DNA of 36,657 nt from Bordetella parapertussis (GTDB lineage Bacteria; Pseudomonadota; Gammaproteobacteria; Burkholderiales; CAIKXV01): assembly GCA_945877995.1 (NCBI GenBank), contig CAMDXD010000001.1, positions 1-36,657 of the forward strand. Reading direction: 5' to 3'. A program made the position numbers and the translations under genes. Shown here in pieces: positions 24,986-33,707 of this stretch. How positions within the stretch are numbered: the first letter of the stretch is position 1; the number at the start of each line of letters is the position of its first letter. A model generated the notes under the pieces. That model saw only the letters and a program-made list of their open reading frames with translations. It made no database searches and had not been told where the DNA came from.

Positions 24986-25813
24986 TCAGCTACAGACGGT
25001 GAAAACGATACCTTCGGGGTCGGCGTAGTAGTACTCGCCGAACGACGGATGCCTACCACTGTCCAGGCCGGACACTATGGATCCACCAGCCTGTACGAGA
25101 CAGGACTCGAACGTGCGCAGGTCCGGAACCCGAAAGCCCAAGTGGTGAGTGCCGGCGTAGTCCGCGCCTCTTTCGACGCCTATGACAGCATGCTTCTCTG
25201 CGCAACGCACGAAGGCAATCCGGAAGCAGCCATCGGACACGTCCACGCGTGCGGCTGAGGCAACGGGTGTCGGACGCTCTTCGCGAAAGCCAAAGGCCTT
25301 GCAGAAAAAGACTGCCGATCGTGCCGGGTCCGCAACCGTTACCGTGACCTGGCAAAGAGTGGCTGCACCCGCGTCGGACCGATCCGCCAGACGGTGCAGT
25401 CTCTTGCCCACGCGCTGAGTCGGCGTACCTGTCCAGCCTCCGAAAGAAAGATCGAAGATCGCACCGTTCGGGTCGCGGTACTTGCTCTCGAAGTTGCCTT
25501 CCTGTTCGTCGCCCAGATTGAAGTGAAACCGGGCGCCAGCCGCCTCGCACCTGGCCTGCGCATCCTGCAGGTTCTCGACTTGAATCCCGAAGTGGTGCGC
25601 GCCGAGGAAGCTCCCGCTATTGGCGATGCCGGCCATGGCATCCGAGCGGTAGTGCAAAAGTGCCAGATGGCGCTCGCCGTCGATGAAGTAGCAGTAGTCG
25701 GCGCGTACTGTACTGCCGCGTTCGGTCTCGACGAGGCCGAACAGCGTGGTGTAGAACGCCGCTTCTCTGTCGATGTTCGCGACGCACATCGCCACATGTC
25801 GCACGCCCGGCAT
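24986..25813 (-). CDS. Two-domain VOC (glyoxalase / extradiol dioxygenase-like) family protein
   Basis: 275 aa with two repeated VOC modules (MPGVRHVAMCV...GAHHFGIQV and LCQVTVTV...GTHHLGFRV). Confidence 0.85.
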   Translation of the reverse strand: MPGVRHVAMCVANIDREAAFYTTLFGLVETERGSTVRADYCYFIDGERHLALLHYRSDAMAGIANSGSFLGAHHFGIQVENLQDAQARCEAAGARFHFNLGDEQEGNFESKYRDPNGAIFDLSFGGWTGTPTQRVGKRLHRLADRSDAGAATLCQVTVTVADPARSAVFFCKAFGFREERPTPVASAARVDVSDGCFRIAFVRCAEKHAVIGVERGADYAGTHHLGFRVPDLRTFESCLVQAGGSIVSGLDSGRHPSFGEYYYADPEGIVFTVCS

Positions 25814-25825
25814 ACGCCTGTTCCT

Positions 25826-26128
25826 CTAATCCGGGACCACGATGACGACCTGATCGCCGACGACTTCGACCGGGAACGTCTTCACCGGCTTGCCAGCATT
25901 GCCGATGCCGCGCCAGACATCTACCTTGAAGCCATGCAGTGGGCAGTTCACTATCGTGCCGTCGAATTTCCCCTCGGCGAGAGAACCTCCAGCGTGTGGG
26001 CAGCGGTTGTTGATGGCTGCGAAGCGATCGCCGACGCGGAACAAGGCAACCTTGAGTCGCTCTCCAGCTTGAAGTATCGCTGCCCCGCCGTCCGGTACGG
26101 CACTCTTCTCGATGGTCAGCTTCGGCAC
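25826..26128 (-). CDS. Small Rieske [2Fe-2S] protein (NirD/ferredoxin-like)
   Basis: 100 aa. CPHAGGSL...CPLHG is the CxH...CxxH Rieske ligand pattern. Confidence 0.9.
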   Translation of the reverse strand: MPKLTIEKSAVPDGGAAILQAGERLKVALFRVGDRFAAINNRCPHAGGSLAEGKFDGTIVNCPLHGFKVDVWRGIGNAGKPVKTFPVEVVGDQVVIVVPD

Positions 26129-26150
26129 CGGCCAACTCCGACGAAAGGGA

Positions 26151-26846
26151 TCATTTGAGGTCCTTCGTACGCGCCCAGATATCGTCGAACATCAGGGAAG
26201 CAATATCCATGTAGTTACCGGCAGTCTTCAAGACGAGTTCGCGTTCTGCATCGGTCTTGACGAACCGCTCGAGCAACTGGCGTCCGGCGTCGCCGTGATC
26301 TTCGTCTGCCTTGTCATGCACGTACCAGTAGGCGAGTGCCTCGTCGTTCAACCCGAACTGTTGCTTGAGGTTCTCGGCAATTCGCCCGTAGAGGCCGGGA
26401 ATCTGCGCTTCGCCACCAAGCATCACGGCAGCCACGCCCTCGATGAAACGACTGCACACATCGGAAAGATACAACCTGTACAGCAGTGCACTCGGGCAGT
26501 ACGCGGTTTCGTACATCTCCTGCTGACCAATGCCGAGGCCCTTCCCGTAATTCAGATACAACTTGTGGTGCGAGACACCATTCGCGTAGAGCCGGCCGGT
26601 CGCTTCCTCATAGGCTACCTCGGCCAGCCGCTCCCGCCATTCCGCATCCGGACAGGAGACATAAAGTCGGCCATGGTAGTTGTGGTTATGCAGAGTGACG
26701 ATGCTGTGCTGTTTGCAGATGTATCGAACCTGCGCCAGGTTGTGCGTTCCCTCGACAAGGCCCTTCCAGATCGGGTGGGTTCCCTTGCCCCGCTTCTTGT
26801 GCATCGACGCAATGCTCTGCAGCACGTCGCTGGCCGTAAGACTCAC
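26151..26846 (-). CDS. Heme-oxygenase-like fold protein (PqqC/TenA/CADD superfamily), possible di-metal oxidase
   Basis: All-helical sequence with AYEEATG...SHHKLY, GGEAQIP and VHDKADEDHGD (HxxxDxxH). The likely start is GTG 26846, preceded by AAGGAG. The track start at 26876 is also GTG but has no RBS. Confidence 0.7.
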   Translation of the reverse strand: MSLTASDVLQSIASMHKKRGKGTHPIWKGLVEGTHNLAQVRYICKQHSIVTLHNHNYHGRLYVSCPDAEWRERLAEVAYEEATGRLYANGVSHHKLYLNYGKGLGIGQQEMYETAYCPSALLYRLYLSDVCSRFIEGVAAVMLGGEAQIPGLYGRIAENLKQQFGLNDEALAYWYVHDKADEDHGDAGRQLLERFVKTDAERELVLKTAGNYMDIASLMFDDIWARTKDLK

Positions 26847-26904
26847 GCTTGGCTCCTTTCCTGAGCTGTCATGCACCTTGAAGTGCTATCTCCATGCTGC
26901 CTGT

Positions 26905-27966
26905 TCAGTCGACGCGCAGGTTGATGCGCCTTGCCAAGGCTTCATTCAACTGGACTTCCTTGCGGAAGAACTGCTCGAACTGCACGGCAGTACTGGGGCT
27001 TACAGTAAATCCGAGGCCTTCGATTCGCGCGCGCACGTCCGGCTGGGTCAGCACTTCCGAGATGGCCCCGTTCAATTGAGCAATGATCGACGTTGCCACG
27101 GCGCGTTGGGTGACGACTCCTACCCATCCTTCCTTCGCGAAGTCGGGGAAGCCGCTTTCGGAAACGGTAGGTACGCCCTTGAGCGCAGTCGACCTTGCAG
27201 CCGATGTCACCGCAAGAACGCGAACCCGTCCCGACTGCACGTGCGGCGCGACATCCGGGTGGTTGAGGACTGCGAAGCCGATCTGTCCGCCAGCTAGCGC
27301 TGTGACTGCAGGCGCCGAACCCTGGTATGGAATGTGGACCACATCGACATTGGCAACCTGCTTCAACAGTTCCACCACCAGATGCTGGCCGGTGCCAGCG
27401 CCTGATGTTCCGGCTGAGAGTTCACCCGGTCGGGCGCGCGCCATTGAAAGCAGTTCCATGAACGTCGAGGGCGCTGCCCCCGCGGAGGACACGAAGACGT
27501 ACGGCTGAGTCGCGATTCGCCCGACAGCGGCGAAATCCTTCAACGTGTCGTACGGGAGCTTCGACCGGATCGCGGGATTGATGGTCATGCTGGCGAGACA
27601 AACGAGCAGCGTATACCCGTCGGCCGGTGCACGGGCAGCCATTTCGGTGCCGATAACGGTGCCACCGCCCGGACGATTGTCGACGACAACGTTCTGCCCA
27701 AGTGCTTTGCCGAGCGGCGTAGAAAGCGTACGCGCGATGACATCAGACGAACCCGCAGGCGGAAACGGCACGATCATGCGCAGCGGGCGCGAAGGGAAGG
27801 ATTGCGCAGCCACGGACGATATGGCGAACGGCATCGAGCCAAGGACCACAGCAAGGGCAGCAGCTGTCAACGACCCGGGCGGGATGAGCGAAAGCGGTGA
27901 AGCATTTCGTCGGCGGTGATGCATCGCATCCCAGGGCGCAGTGCGCATGTTGCCAATGTTGCTCAT
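26905..27966 (-). CDS. Bug-family periplasmic substrate-binding protein (start codon uncertain)
   Basis: RPLRMIVPFPPAGSSDVIAR after a signal peptide, with an HRRRNA segment upstream. Three in-frame ATGs lie near the 5' end and none has a strong RBS. Confidence 0.85.
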   Translation of the reverse strand: MSNIGNMRTAPWDAMHHRRRNASPLSLIPPGSLTAAALAVVLGSMPFAISSVAAQSFPSRPLRMIVPFPPAGSSDVIARTLSTPLGKALGQNVVVDNRPGGGTVIGTEMAARAPADGYTLLVCLASMTINPAIRSKLPYDTLKDFAAVGRIATQPYVFVSSAGAAPSTFMELLSMARARPGELSAGTSGAGTGQHLVVELLKQVANVDVVHIPYQGSAPAVTALAGGQIGFAVLNHPDVAPHVQSGRVRVLAVTSAARSTALKGVPTVSESGFPDFAKEGWVGVVTQRAVATSIIAQLNGAISEVLTQPDVRARIEGLGFTVSPSTAVQFEQFFRKEVQLNEALARRINLRVD

Positions 27967-28196
27967 GTTTCGACTTGCCGAAGGCTCCGGCCAGGCGATG
28001 AATCAACAACCAACTGATGGTTTACATCATAGCCCACCGTTTGGTGGTCCACAATCAGGCGCATTTCAGGCGCTTCCTGGTACACATGAACTTGACTTGG
28101 TACCACCAAGGACATTGTCTACCCTAAGAATGCAGCAATGAAACACGGACCGATCCCGCGCTCCATGCGTGCCCTCGGCAATCGCCGCAACCACGA

Positions 28197-29486
28197 CTAG
28201 TCGCTCGGGACGTAAACCCACGGGTCGACGATCACGCTGCACGCGGGCACGGGGTGCGGTCCCGGCACGCCGACCGCGGTAAACGGTATCGGCGCATCGC
28301 CCAGCGCCGCCTGCCACGCCCGGTGCATCGGGTAGAACTCCGTGAGATCCGTGTGGAACTGGTGGATGCGCACCACGTTCTCGATGGACGTGCCCGCTGA
28401 CCGGCAGACCGTCGCGAGGGCGCTAACGATGTATTCCATCTGCGCACGCGCGGAGCCGCCGAAGTAGGGCAGACCGCGCGCATTGCGCATCGCAGCGATC
28501 GGACCCTCTGCATCGACCGCAATCAGCGCAGACACCGCGAGCAGATCGCCTGCCCGCACGCTGGCCGCTCCGAAGGTCATCTGCGTCGGAATGAAACCGT
28601 CGATCACCTGCTTCTTCGTCGTGCCTGTGTCGGTCACCGCCATGAGGTTGACCTCGATGGTGCCCGGAACGAGTCCGAAGCTGGAGGTGGGGATGATGGA
28701 CAACGCGCACTGGCGGGCGCCGAAGTGGGCGTTCCAGACGTCCAGGAAATGAGGCGTGTCTTCGACGTCGCTGAGGTAGACCTGCGCCTTGATTGCATTG
28801 CCCAAGGACGAGCCGGCGGCAGAGAGAGCGGGGATGAATTTCTCTCGAATCAGGTACTCTGTCTGCCGCCTGATTTCGTAGCCACCCCAGCGCGAGTGGG
28901 CGGGTACATGCGCGCGTGGATCGGGGTTGCTGTCCACGCCGCGGGCAACCTGGCCTGCGATGAAGACGAAGTCTCCTGTGGTCACCGCCGGCACGAATCC
29001 CGAGAAAGAAGGAGAGGTGACTTGCGGCGTTGACACACGTCGGGGTTCACGGCCGCCACCGGGGACCACGGCCAGGAGCGAAGCGGAGATGTCCGCACCG
29101 CCGGTGAGCAGCCCTTCCATCAGCACCGACGTGCTGGGCGGAATGTAGTCGCCAAAGGCCGCACGCCGCGCGAGGTGGTATGGATCGACTGCTTTCCATG
29201 TCGGGTAATACTGATCGAGACGGACCGTATTGGCGAAGCTGGTGCCCGCCTGCGCCAGCAGATCCTTGAAGCGAGCGCAGATGAAGTCGCCCTCGCGCCG
29301 ATGCCGGGGCAGCCCGTGGTAGGGCATGTCCGGCGGGCCGGACACCGCAGGGTGCATGCCGACGGCGTAGTCGACCGCTTCGATCCCGGTCAGGAACACC
29401 CAGTTACCCGCCCGTACGGCGGGTGCGTAATGGATATCGGTCGAAGGAATGCGGACTGCACCGATCGGCGTGACTTTCGCGGCCAT
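28197..29486 (-). CDS. Triple RidA/YjgF/L-PSP-domain fusion protein (429 aa), paralog of 23172-24560
   Basis: Three RidA-like modules (AVRAGNWVFLTGIEA, AVTTGDFVFIAGQVA, SVRAGDLLAVSALIA). It lies 9 nt downstream of a Bug gene. Confidence 0.8.
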   Translation of the reverse strand: MAAKVTPIGAVRIPSTDIHYAPAVRAGNWVFLTGIEAVDYAVGMHPAVSGPPDMPYHGLPRHRREGDFICARFKDLLAQAGTSFANTVRLDQYYPTWKAVDPYHLARRAAFGDYIPPSTSVLMEGLLTGGADISASLLAVVPGGGREPRRVSTPQVTSPSFSGFVPAVTTGDFVFIAGQVARGVDSNPDPRAHVPAHSRWGGYEIRRQTEYLIREKFIPALSAAGSSLGNAIKAQVYLSDVEDTPHFLDVWNAHFGARQCALSIIPTSSFGLVPGTIEVNLMAVTDTGTTKKQVIDGFIPTQMTFGAASVRAGDLLAVSALIAVDAEGPIAAMRNARGLPYFGGSARAQMEYIVSALATVCRSAGTSIENVVRIHQFHTDLTEFYPMHRAWQAALGDAPIPFTAVGVPGPHPVPACSVIVDPWVYVPSD

Positions 29487-29495
29487 GTGTTCCCC

Positions 29496-30485
29496 CTAGC
29501 GTTCGGCTTTCGCGCCACTGTCACGAATGATCGGCGCCCAGCGTGCTATCTCGTCAGTCAGAAATCGCCTGAACTCTCCAGGCGTGCTTGAACGCGGTTC
29601 GCCCCCCAAGCTCTCGATGCGTTCGCGTACGTCCGGCATGCCCAGCGCTCGAACGAACTCGGCATTGAGCTTCGCGACAATGTTCGCCGGCGTCTTGGCA
29701 GGTACCGCGACGCCGGTGTAGCCCACGGCATAGAACCCAGGTACGCCTGCCTCGACGAATGTCGGCACTTCCGGAAGGATCGTGCTGCGTGCGGGTGCAG
29801 CGATTGCAAGTACGCGCATGCGATTGGCGCGAACGTGGGTCATTGCCGCTGGCATGTTGACGAACATGGCATCCGTGCGGCCGCCCATCATGTCGTTGAG
29901 CGCTGGCACGCTGCCGCTGTAGGGAACGTGCACGGCCTTGAACGACTGCAGGCGGCGCAGCAGTTCCATCGCAAGATGGCCTGAACTGCCGATGCCGGGA
30001 GAGGCATAGGTGAGTCCCTCGCTGCGACCTTTCGCGTATGCAATCAGGTCCGGCACTGTCTTCACCGGCACCTTCAGGTGTGTCACCAGCAGGTTGGGAT
30101 AGGCCGAAATCAGGGATACGGGCGCGAAGTCGTTTCGCGTGTCGTAACCCAGCTTGTCGTAAATCGAGACGTTCAGCGAAAACGGCGTCGACAGGAAGAC
30201 CAGCGTGTAGCCATCCGCATTCGCTCGCGCCCCCAGCGCATAGGCAATGGTGCCGTTGGCCCCAGGCCTGGCGTCGATCACAATCGGCTGGCCTAGCGCG
30301 TCGCTCACCTTCTGGCCCACGAGGCGCGCGAGGATGTCCGACAATCCACCCGATGGGAAGTCGATGATCCAACGGATTGGCCTGTCCGGATAGCCGGTGA
30401 CCGGGTTGGGAAGCGTCGCGGCTGTCGCGGCTACGGCACTTCCCAGGAGCACACAAAAGCCTGTGGCGCACCATGCAGACCGCAT
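29496..30485 (-). CDS. Bug-family periplasmic substrate-binding protein
   Basis: 329 aa. Signal peptide then RPIRWIIDFPSGGLSDILAR, and a C-terminal EFRRFLTDEIARWAPIIRDSGAKAER. Confidence 0.9.
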   Translation of the reverse strand: MRSAWCATGFCVLLGSAVAATAATLPNPVTGYPDRPIRWIIDFPSGGLSDILARLVGQKVSDALGQPIVIDARPGANGTIAYALGARANADGYTLVFLSTPFSLNVSIYDKLGYDTRNDFAPVSLISAYPNLLVTHLKVPVKTVPDLIAYAKGRSEGLTYASPGIGSSGHLAMELLRRLQSFKAVHVPYSGSVPALNDMMGGRTDAMFVNMPAAMTHVRANRMRVLAIAAPARSTILPEVPTFVEAGVPGFYAVGYTGVAVPAKTPANIVAKLNAEFVRALGMPDVRERIESLGGEPRSSTPGEFRRFLTDEIARWAPIIRDSGAKAER

Positions 30486-30784
30486 CGTTTGCTCCCCGAG
30501 CGTTAACCCACCGAAAACGAGTCTGTACCCCCAAGAGGACGCGTGTCAATCGACATGCGGCGCATCGCGGCACGGGCTGATCGTTCGGGCAGATGACATC
30601 GCGCCTCGCGAACGTGCGATGCGGCTCGAAACATCCGGCTTCTCGGCAGGCCAGAAATACGCCTGTCGTTCGCGGCAGATTAGTTTCTTTTCGGAGTTTC
30701 GGACCGTACGACCATCGGAGAAGCTTCCGGACCACCGTTGATGTATTACGCGCCGCGTAACGACCTTTCCGGTGATCCAGTCGT

Positions 30785-31502
30785 TCAGCTGAAAGGAGAC
30801 TTTGGCGCTGTATGCAGGCTCGAGTCCATCACAGCCTCGACCGGCCGGCGCAATGACCGAGGCAGCGTCGGCCCACCGCCTAAGCGCACGACGAGGTCCG
30901 AGCGCAGGCCCGCGAGACCCAGCGCGGCGGCGAACGACGAACATACGGCCGCCGCGCCTACGAACACCGCGATGCCCGCCGAGTTGCGCACCTGGCGCGC
31001 GATCTTGTCGTTCTCGCCGTTGGCGATGAAGAACCAGCCGAAGGCCAGGTCGCCAAGCCACGCCGGGATGGCGGGATTGCCCGCGGACACACCGAACAGG
31101 CCGTCACGCGTGCGCACGGCGTCGGTGCCGTTGAAGCGGATCCAGGACTTGAACTCGCTGATGAAGGTCGGGTCCACCAGTTGGGCGGTGTTGCCCAGGA
31201 CCACGTACTCCAGCACGCACTCCATCGCGATGCGATCGGTCATCAGCAGCAGGCGCGAGCGACACGCGCACGACGTCATTGGCGGCATCGAAGCTCGGCG
31301 CCGCCGCCAGCCTGTGCGCCAACGCTGCCTGCACCAGGTTCTCGGTTGCACAGCCCAAGGTCACGAACAGATGGTGATCGTCGGGATCGACGACGGGGGT
31401 TTGCCGCGCCGGATCGGGCCTGATCGTGATGGCCTTGTTCTCGACCGAGAACTTCCAGCACTGCGTGTTGTGGCTCGACGGTGCCAAGGTCGCGCAGTGC
31501 AC
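30785..31502 (-). pseudogene. Nitroreductase-family (Acg-like) FMN oxidoreductase, frameshifted and probably internally deleted
   Basis: The N-terminal part (HCATLAPSSHNTQCWKF...VRVSLAP) is in the frame of ORF 31104-31502. The C-terminal part (LLMTDRIAMECVLEYVVLGNT...DLVVRLGGGPTLPRSLRRPV) is in the frame of ORF 30785-31351. The frames switch near 31245-31260. Confidence 0.6.
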
Positions 31503-31588
31503 CAGTTCCCGCGTCAGCGCTGCGCCCTCTACACCGGCCAGAAATCCGCATGCAAACCGCGTACTTCGGGACCCGTTACTGCCGGCGA

Positions 31589-32095
31589 TTAACTAATAAC
31601 GCCGCATGCGCCGCGCCCGCCCGCATTGCCGGTAGGGTCTGTCTTGAAATCGTCCGTGCCCAGGTGGACGATTACCGAGCGGCCGATGATGCCGTTAGAC
31701 GCACTCTTGTTCACGCTGATGCCGTGTACCGTCAAGTTAACGGTCGCTTTTCCGGATTCGTTGAACACGAGGTTCCCGAGGTCGCCGGCATGCCCTGCAC
31801 CGGGCGCGCCGTGCTGCGTCTTCGTCGGGTTGAAATGCCCGCCAGCGCTCATGGCGTCGGGCGCGCTGCAATCGCCCTTATCATGAATATGAAATCCTTT
31901 TGCGCCAGGCGTATGCCCCGTGATTTCCCCGGTGACGCGCACTTGGTCGCCAACCTGAACAAACGTGAGATTGCCGGAAATCTTGGTGCCACTTGCAGAG
32001 CGAAGGGCGACGGTCGCCGTCGGACCGATTGACTCCGGCGCGGATGCGCAAGCAGAAAGTAGCAATGTAATGGCGGCGAAAAAAGACGTTCTCAT
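31589..32095 (-). CDS. sodC: Cu,Zn superoxide dismutase, lipoprotein form
   Basis: ATG 32095 after AAGGA. Lipobox LLLSAC. FHIHDKGDC, GGHFNP, HAGDLGN and the C-terminal GGRGACGVI are SodC hallmarks. Confidence 0.9.
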   Translation of the reverse strand: MRTSFFAAITLLLSACASAPESIGPTATVALRSASGTKISGNLTFVQVGDQVRVTGEITGHTPGAKGFHIHDKGDCSAPDAMSAGGHFNPTKTQHGAPGAGHAGDLGNLVFNESGKATVNLTVHGISVNKSASNGIIGRSVIVHLGTDDFKTDPTGNAGGRGACGVIS

Positions 32096-32124
32096 GGCTA
32101 AATCCTTGTTTGAACTGAAGTGAG

Positions 32125-32205
32125 TTTCGGTGAGTCTGTTTTGCATGTGCGTTCCCCCGTGGTCCCGTGGTCCCGTGTTCAGGGCGACGGGATGCGCGAC
32201 CCTGA
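32125..32205. repeat. Direct repeat copy 1 (about 80 bp), containing an internal CCCGTGGT tandem triplication
   Basis: tttcggtgagtctgttttgcatgtgcgttcccccgtggtc...tcagggcgacgggatgcgcgaccctga aligns with 34220-34286. The first 40 nt have 2 mismatches. This copy carries 13 extra nt made from the CCCGTGGT tandem at 32156-32177. Confidence 0.8.
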
Positions 32206-32610
32206 GGTATTCGCCCACACCCGAAGGGCGCAGTGCTTCGCGATCGAATCGAAGTCCTTGTCCGTGCTCAGAAGCGTAAGTTCATGACGAAGGCAGAGCT
32301 GCGCGATCAGCGCATCGATCGTGCCGACCTGGATTCCAGACCTCCGACACGTGTTGCGCAGCTGCGCCGCTGCGACATGGTCTTCTCGCGTCGGCTGAAC
32401 GAGCGGCAATGCTGCAAATCGCTCGACGATACGGGCGCTCGCTTTCGGGCCTGAGAATCCCTGAAGGAGCTCCTGCAAGACCAGGCCTGTCGTAACGACG
32501 ACGTCCGCGCCAAGGAGCGCCTCCTTGAGATGTTGAACCTCGATCGCGGAGGACTCTGCGTCTCGACGCAGCGCCAGGGACCAGACGCTGGTATCGACGA
32601 GCAGGGTCAA
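32179..32610 (-). CDS. vapC: PIN-domain toxin of a type II TA system
   Basis: 143 aa starting MTLLVDTSVWSLAL, with the acidic PIN residues D6 and E..D. The TTG start is in a TTGA overlap with the vapB stop. The last 8 or so codons are supplied by repeat copy 1. Confidence 0.85.
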   Translation of the reverse strand: MTLLVDTSVWSLALRRDAESSAIEVQHLKEALLGADVVVTTGLVLQELLQGFSGPKASARIVERFAALPLVQPTREDHVAAAQLRNTCRRSGIQVGTIDALIAQLCLRHELTLLSTDKDFDSIAKHCALRVWANTSGSRIPSP

Positions 32611-32807
32611 GATCGCGACCGTTCAGCCTTGTAGTCGAACGCGTCGTTCCACTCGAGCTTTCCCATCAGATCGACCACGCGCCGCTGCTCGCGGCGCGCG
32701 ATGAACTCCTGAAGCGCCATCGTGACGACGGCCTTCTTCGTGCGTACACCGCTGACCTCGACTGCGCGGTCAAGCAGCTCGGGATCGATTGCGAGGTTGG
32801 TGGCCAT
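32607..32807 (-). CDS. vapB: VapB-type antitoxin
   Basis: ATG 32807 after TAAGGAG. The 66-aa product MATNLAIDPELLDRAVEVSGVRTKKAVVTMALQEFI is typical of a small VapB. Confidence 0.8.
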   Translation of the reverse strand: MATNLAIDPELLDRAVEVSGVRTKKAVVTMALQEFIARREQRRVVDLMGKLEWNDAFDYKAERSRS

Positions 32808-32894
32808 GTGTGACTCCTTACACATCAGTTTACACAGAACTCGCCCCCTGAAGGGCGGGTTGCTCTGCTGCGACATGACTCCAGCCTGGCTGGC

Positions 32895-33197
32895 TCAAGC
32901 CGCCTGCACCTCTATACGCACCGTTCCGCCGATCGCAGTGGCAATGTTCACCAGCGCATCGATAGAGAACCGCGACAGCCGCCCCCGGAGCAGGTCGTTC
33001 ATGCGCGGCTGCGTCACGCTGCAGCGCGTTGCTGCCTCGGCCTGGGTCCATCCGTGCCCATTCACGATAGATGCAATCTGGCGCATCAACTCGGCGCGCG
33101 CGCGCAGGTTTGCCGCCTGCTCGGGCGTGTCGGCAATGGCGTCCCACACGCTCGCGAAGCGCTTCGGGTCGCCGACCCTTTCCCTCGCTGCCTTCAT
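32895..33197 (-). CDS. higA: XRE-family HTH antitoxin (HigA-like)
   Basis: 100 aa. HTH segment GWTQAEAATRCSVTQPRMNDLLRG. The start abuts the higB stop. Confidence 0.8.
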   Translation of the reverse strand: MKAARERVGDPKRFASVWDAIADTPEQAANLRARAELMRQIASIVNGHGWTQAEAATRCSVTQPRMNDLLRGRLSRFSIDALVNIATAIGGTVRIEVQAA

Positions 33198-33518
33198 TCA
33201 CTGTTCCTTCGATTGCGACCATCGCACTCTTGCCAGCGCGATGTCGCGCTTGCTGGTCTCTCGCGTCTTCTTCTGGAATGCATGGAGCACGACCACCTCG
33301 GCTCCTGATCGCGCCGTATAGATCACCCGAAAGACGCCGGCTTCGTCCCGGACCCGGATCTCTTCCACGCCCTCGCCGATCGATGGCATCGGCTTGAAGT
33401 CGTCCGGCTGCTCCCCGCGTTGAACCTTGTCGAGCTGATAACCCGCGTCTTGACGTGCGTCGTCGGGGAACGCACGCAGCCGCTTGAGAGAGTCTTCGAG
33501 AAAGCGGATGCCCTTCAT
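33198..33518 (-). CDS. higB: RelE/ParE-superfamily toxin (HigB / Gp49-like)
   Basis: Internal ATG 33518 (MKGIRFLEDSLKRLRAFPDDARQ...FRVIYTARSGAEVVVLHAFQKKT). Toxin-first gene order is typical of higBA. Confidence 0.8.
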   Translation of the reverse strand: MKGIRFLEDSLKRLRAFPDDARQDAGYQLDKVQRGEQPDDFKPMPSIGEGVEEIRVRDEAGVFRVIYTARSGAEVVVLHAFQKKTRETSKRDIALARVRWSQSKEQ

Positions 33519-33525
33519 CTGGATG

Positions 33526-33541
33526 ATATCCGTTTGGATAT
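33526..33541. promoter_or_regulatory. Candidate HigA operator palindrome
   Basis: ATATCC-gttt-GGATAT, immediately upstream of the higB start and overlapping a TATATC -10-like hexamer on the minus strand. Confidence 0.35.
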
Positions 33542-33707
33542 ACGCCTTCAATCCCCGGCGTGACGCCGGAACGTCAGGACGGGTGCTGGGGAACAAAAAG
33601 CCGCCACCCAGGAACGAACCTTCCCGCGCGGCGTGCCTGCACATCCTGCTGGCCGGCGCGGCGGACGTCCCTGCCGGCAAACATGTGATGCCGCTCGAAA
33701 CGCCCCG

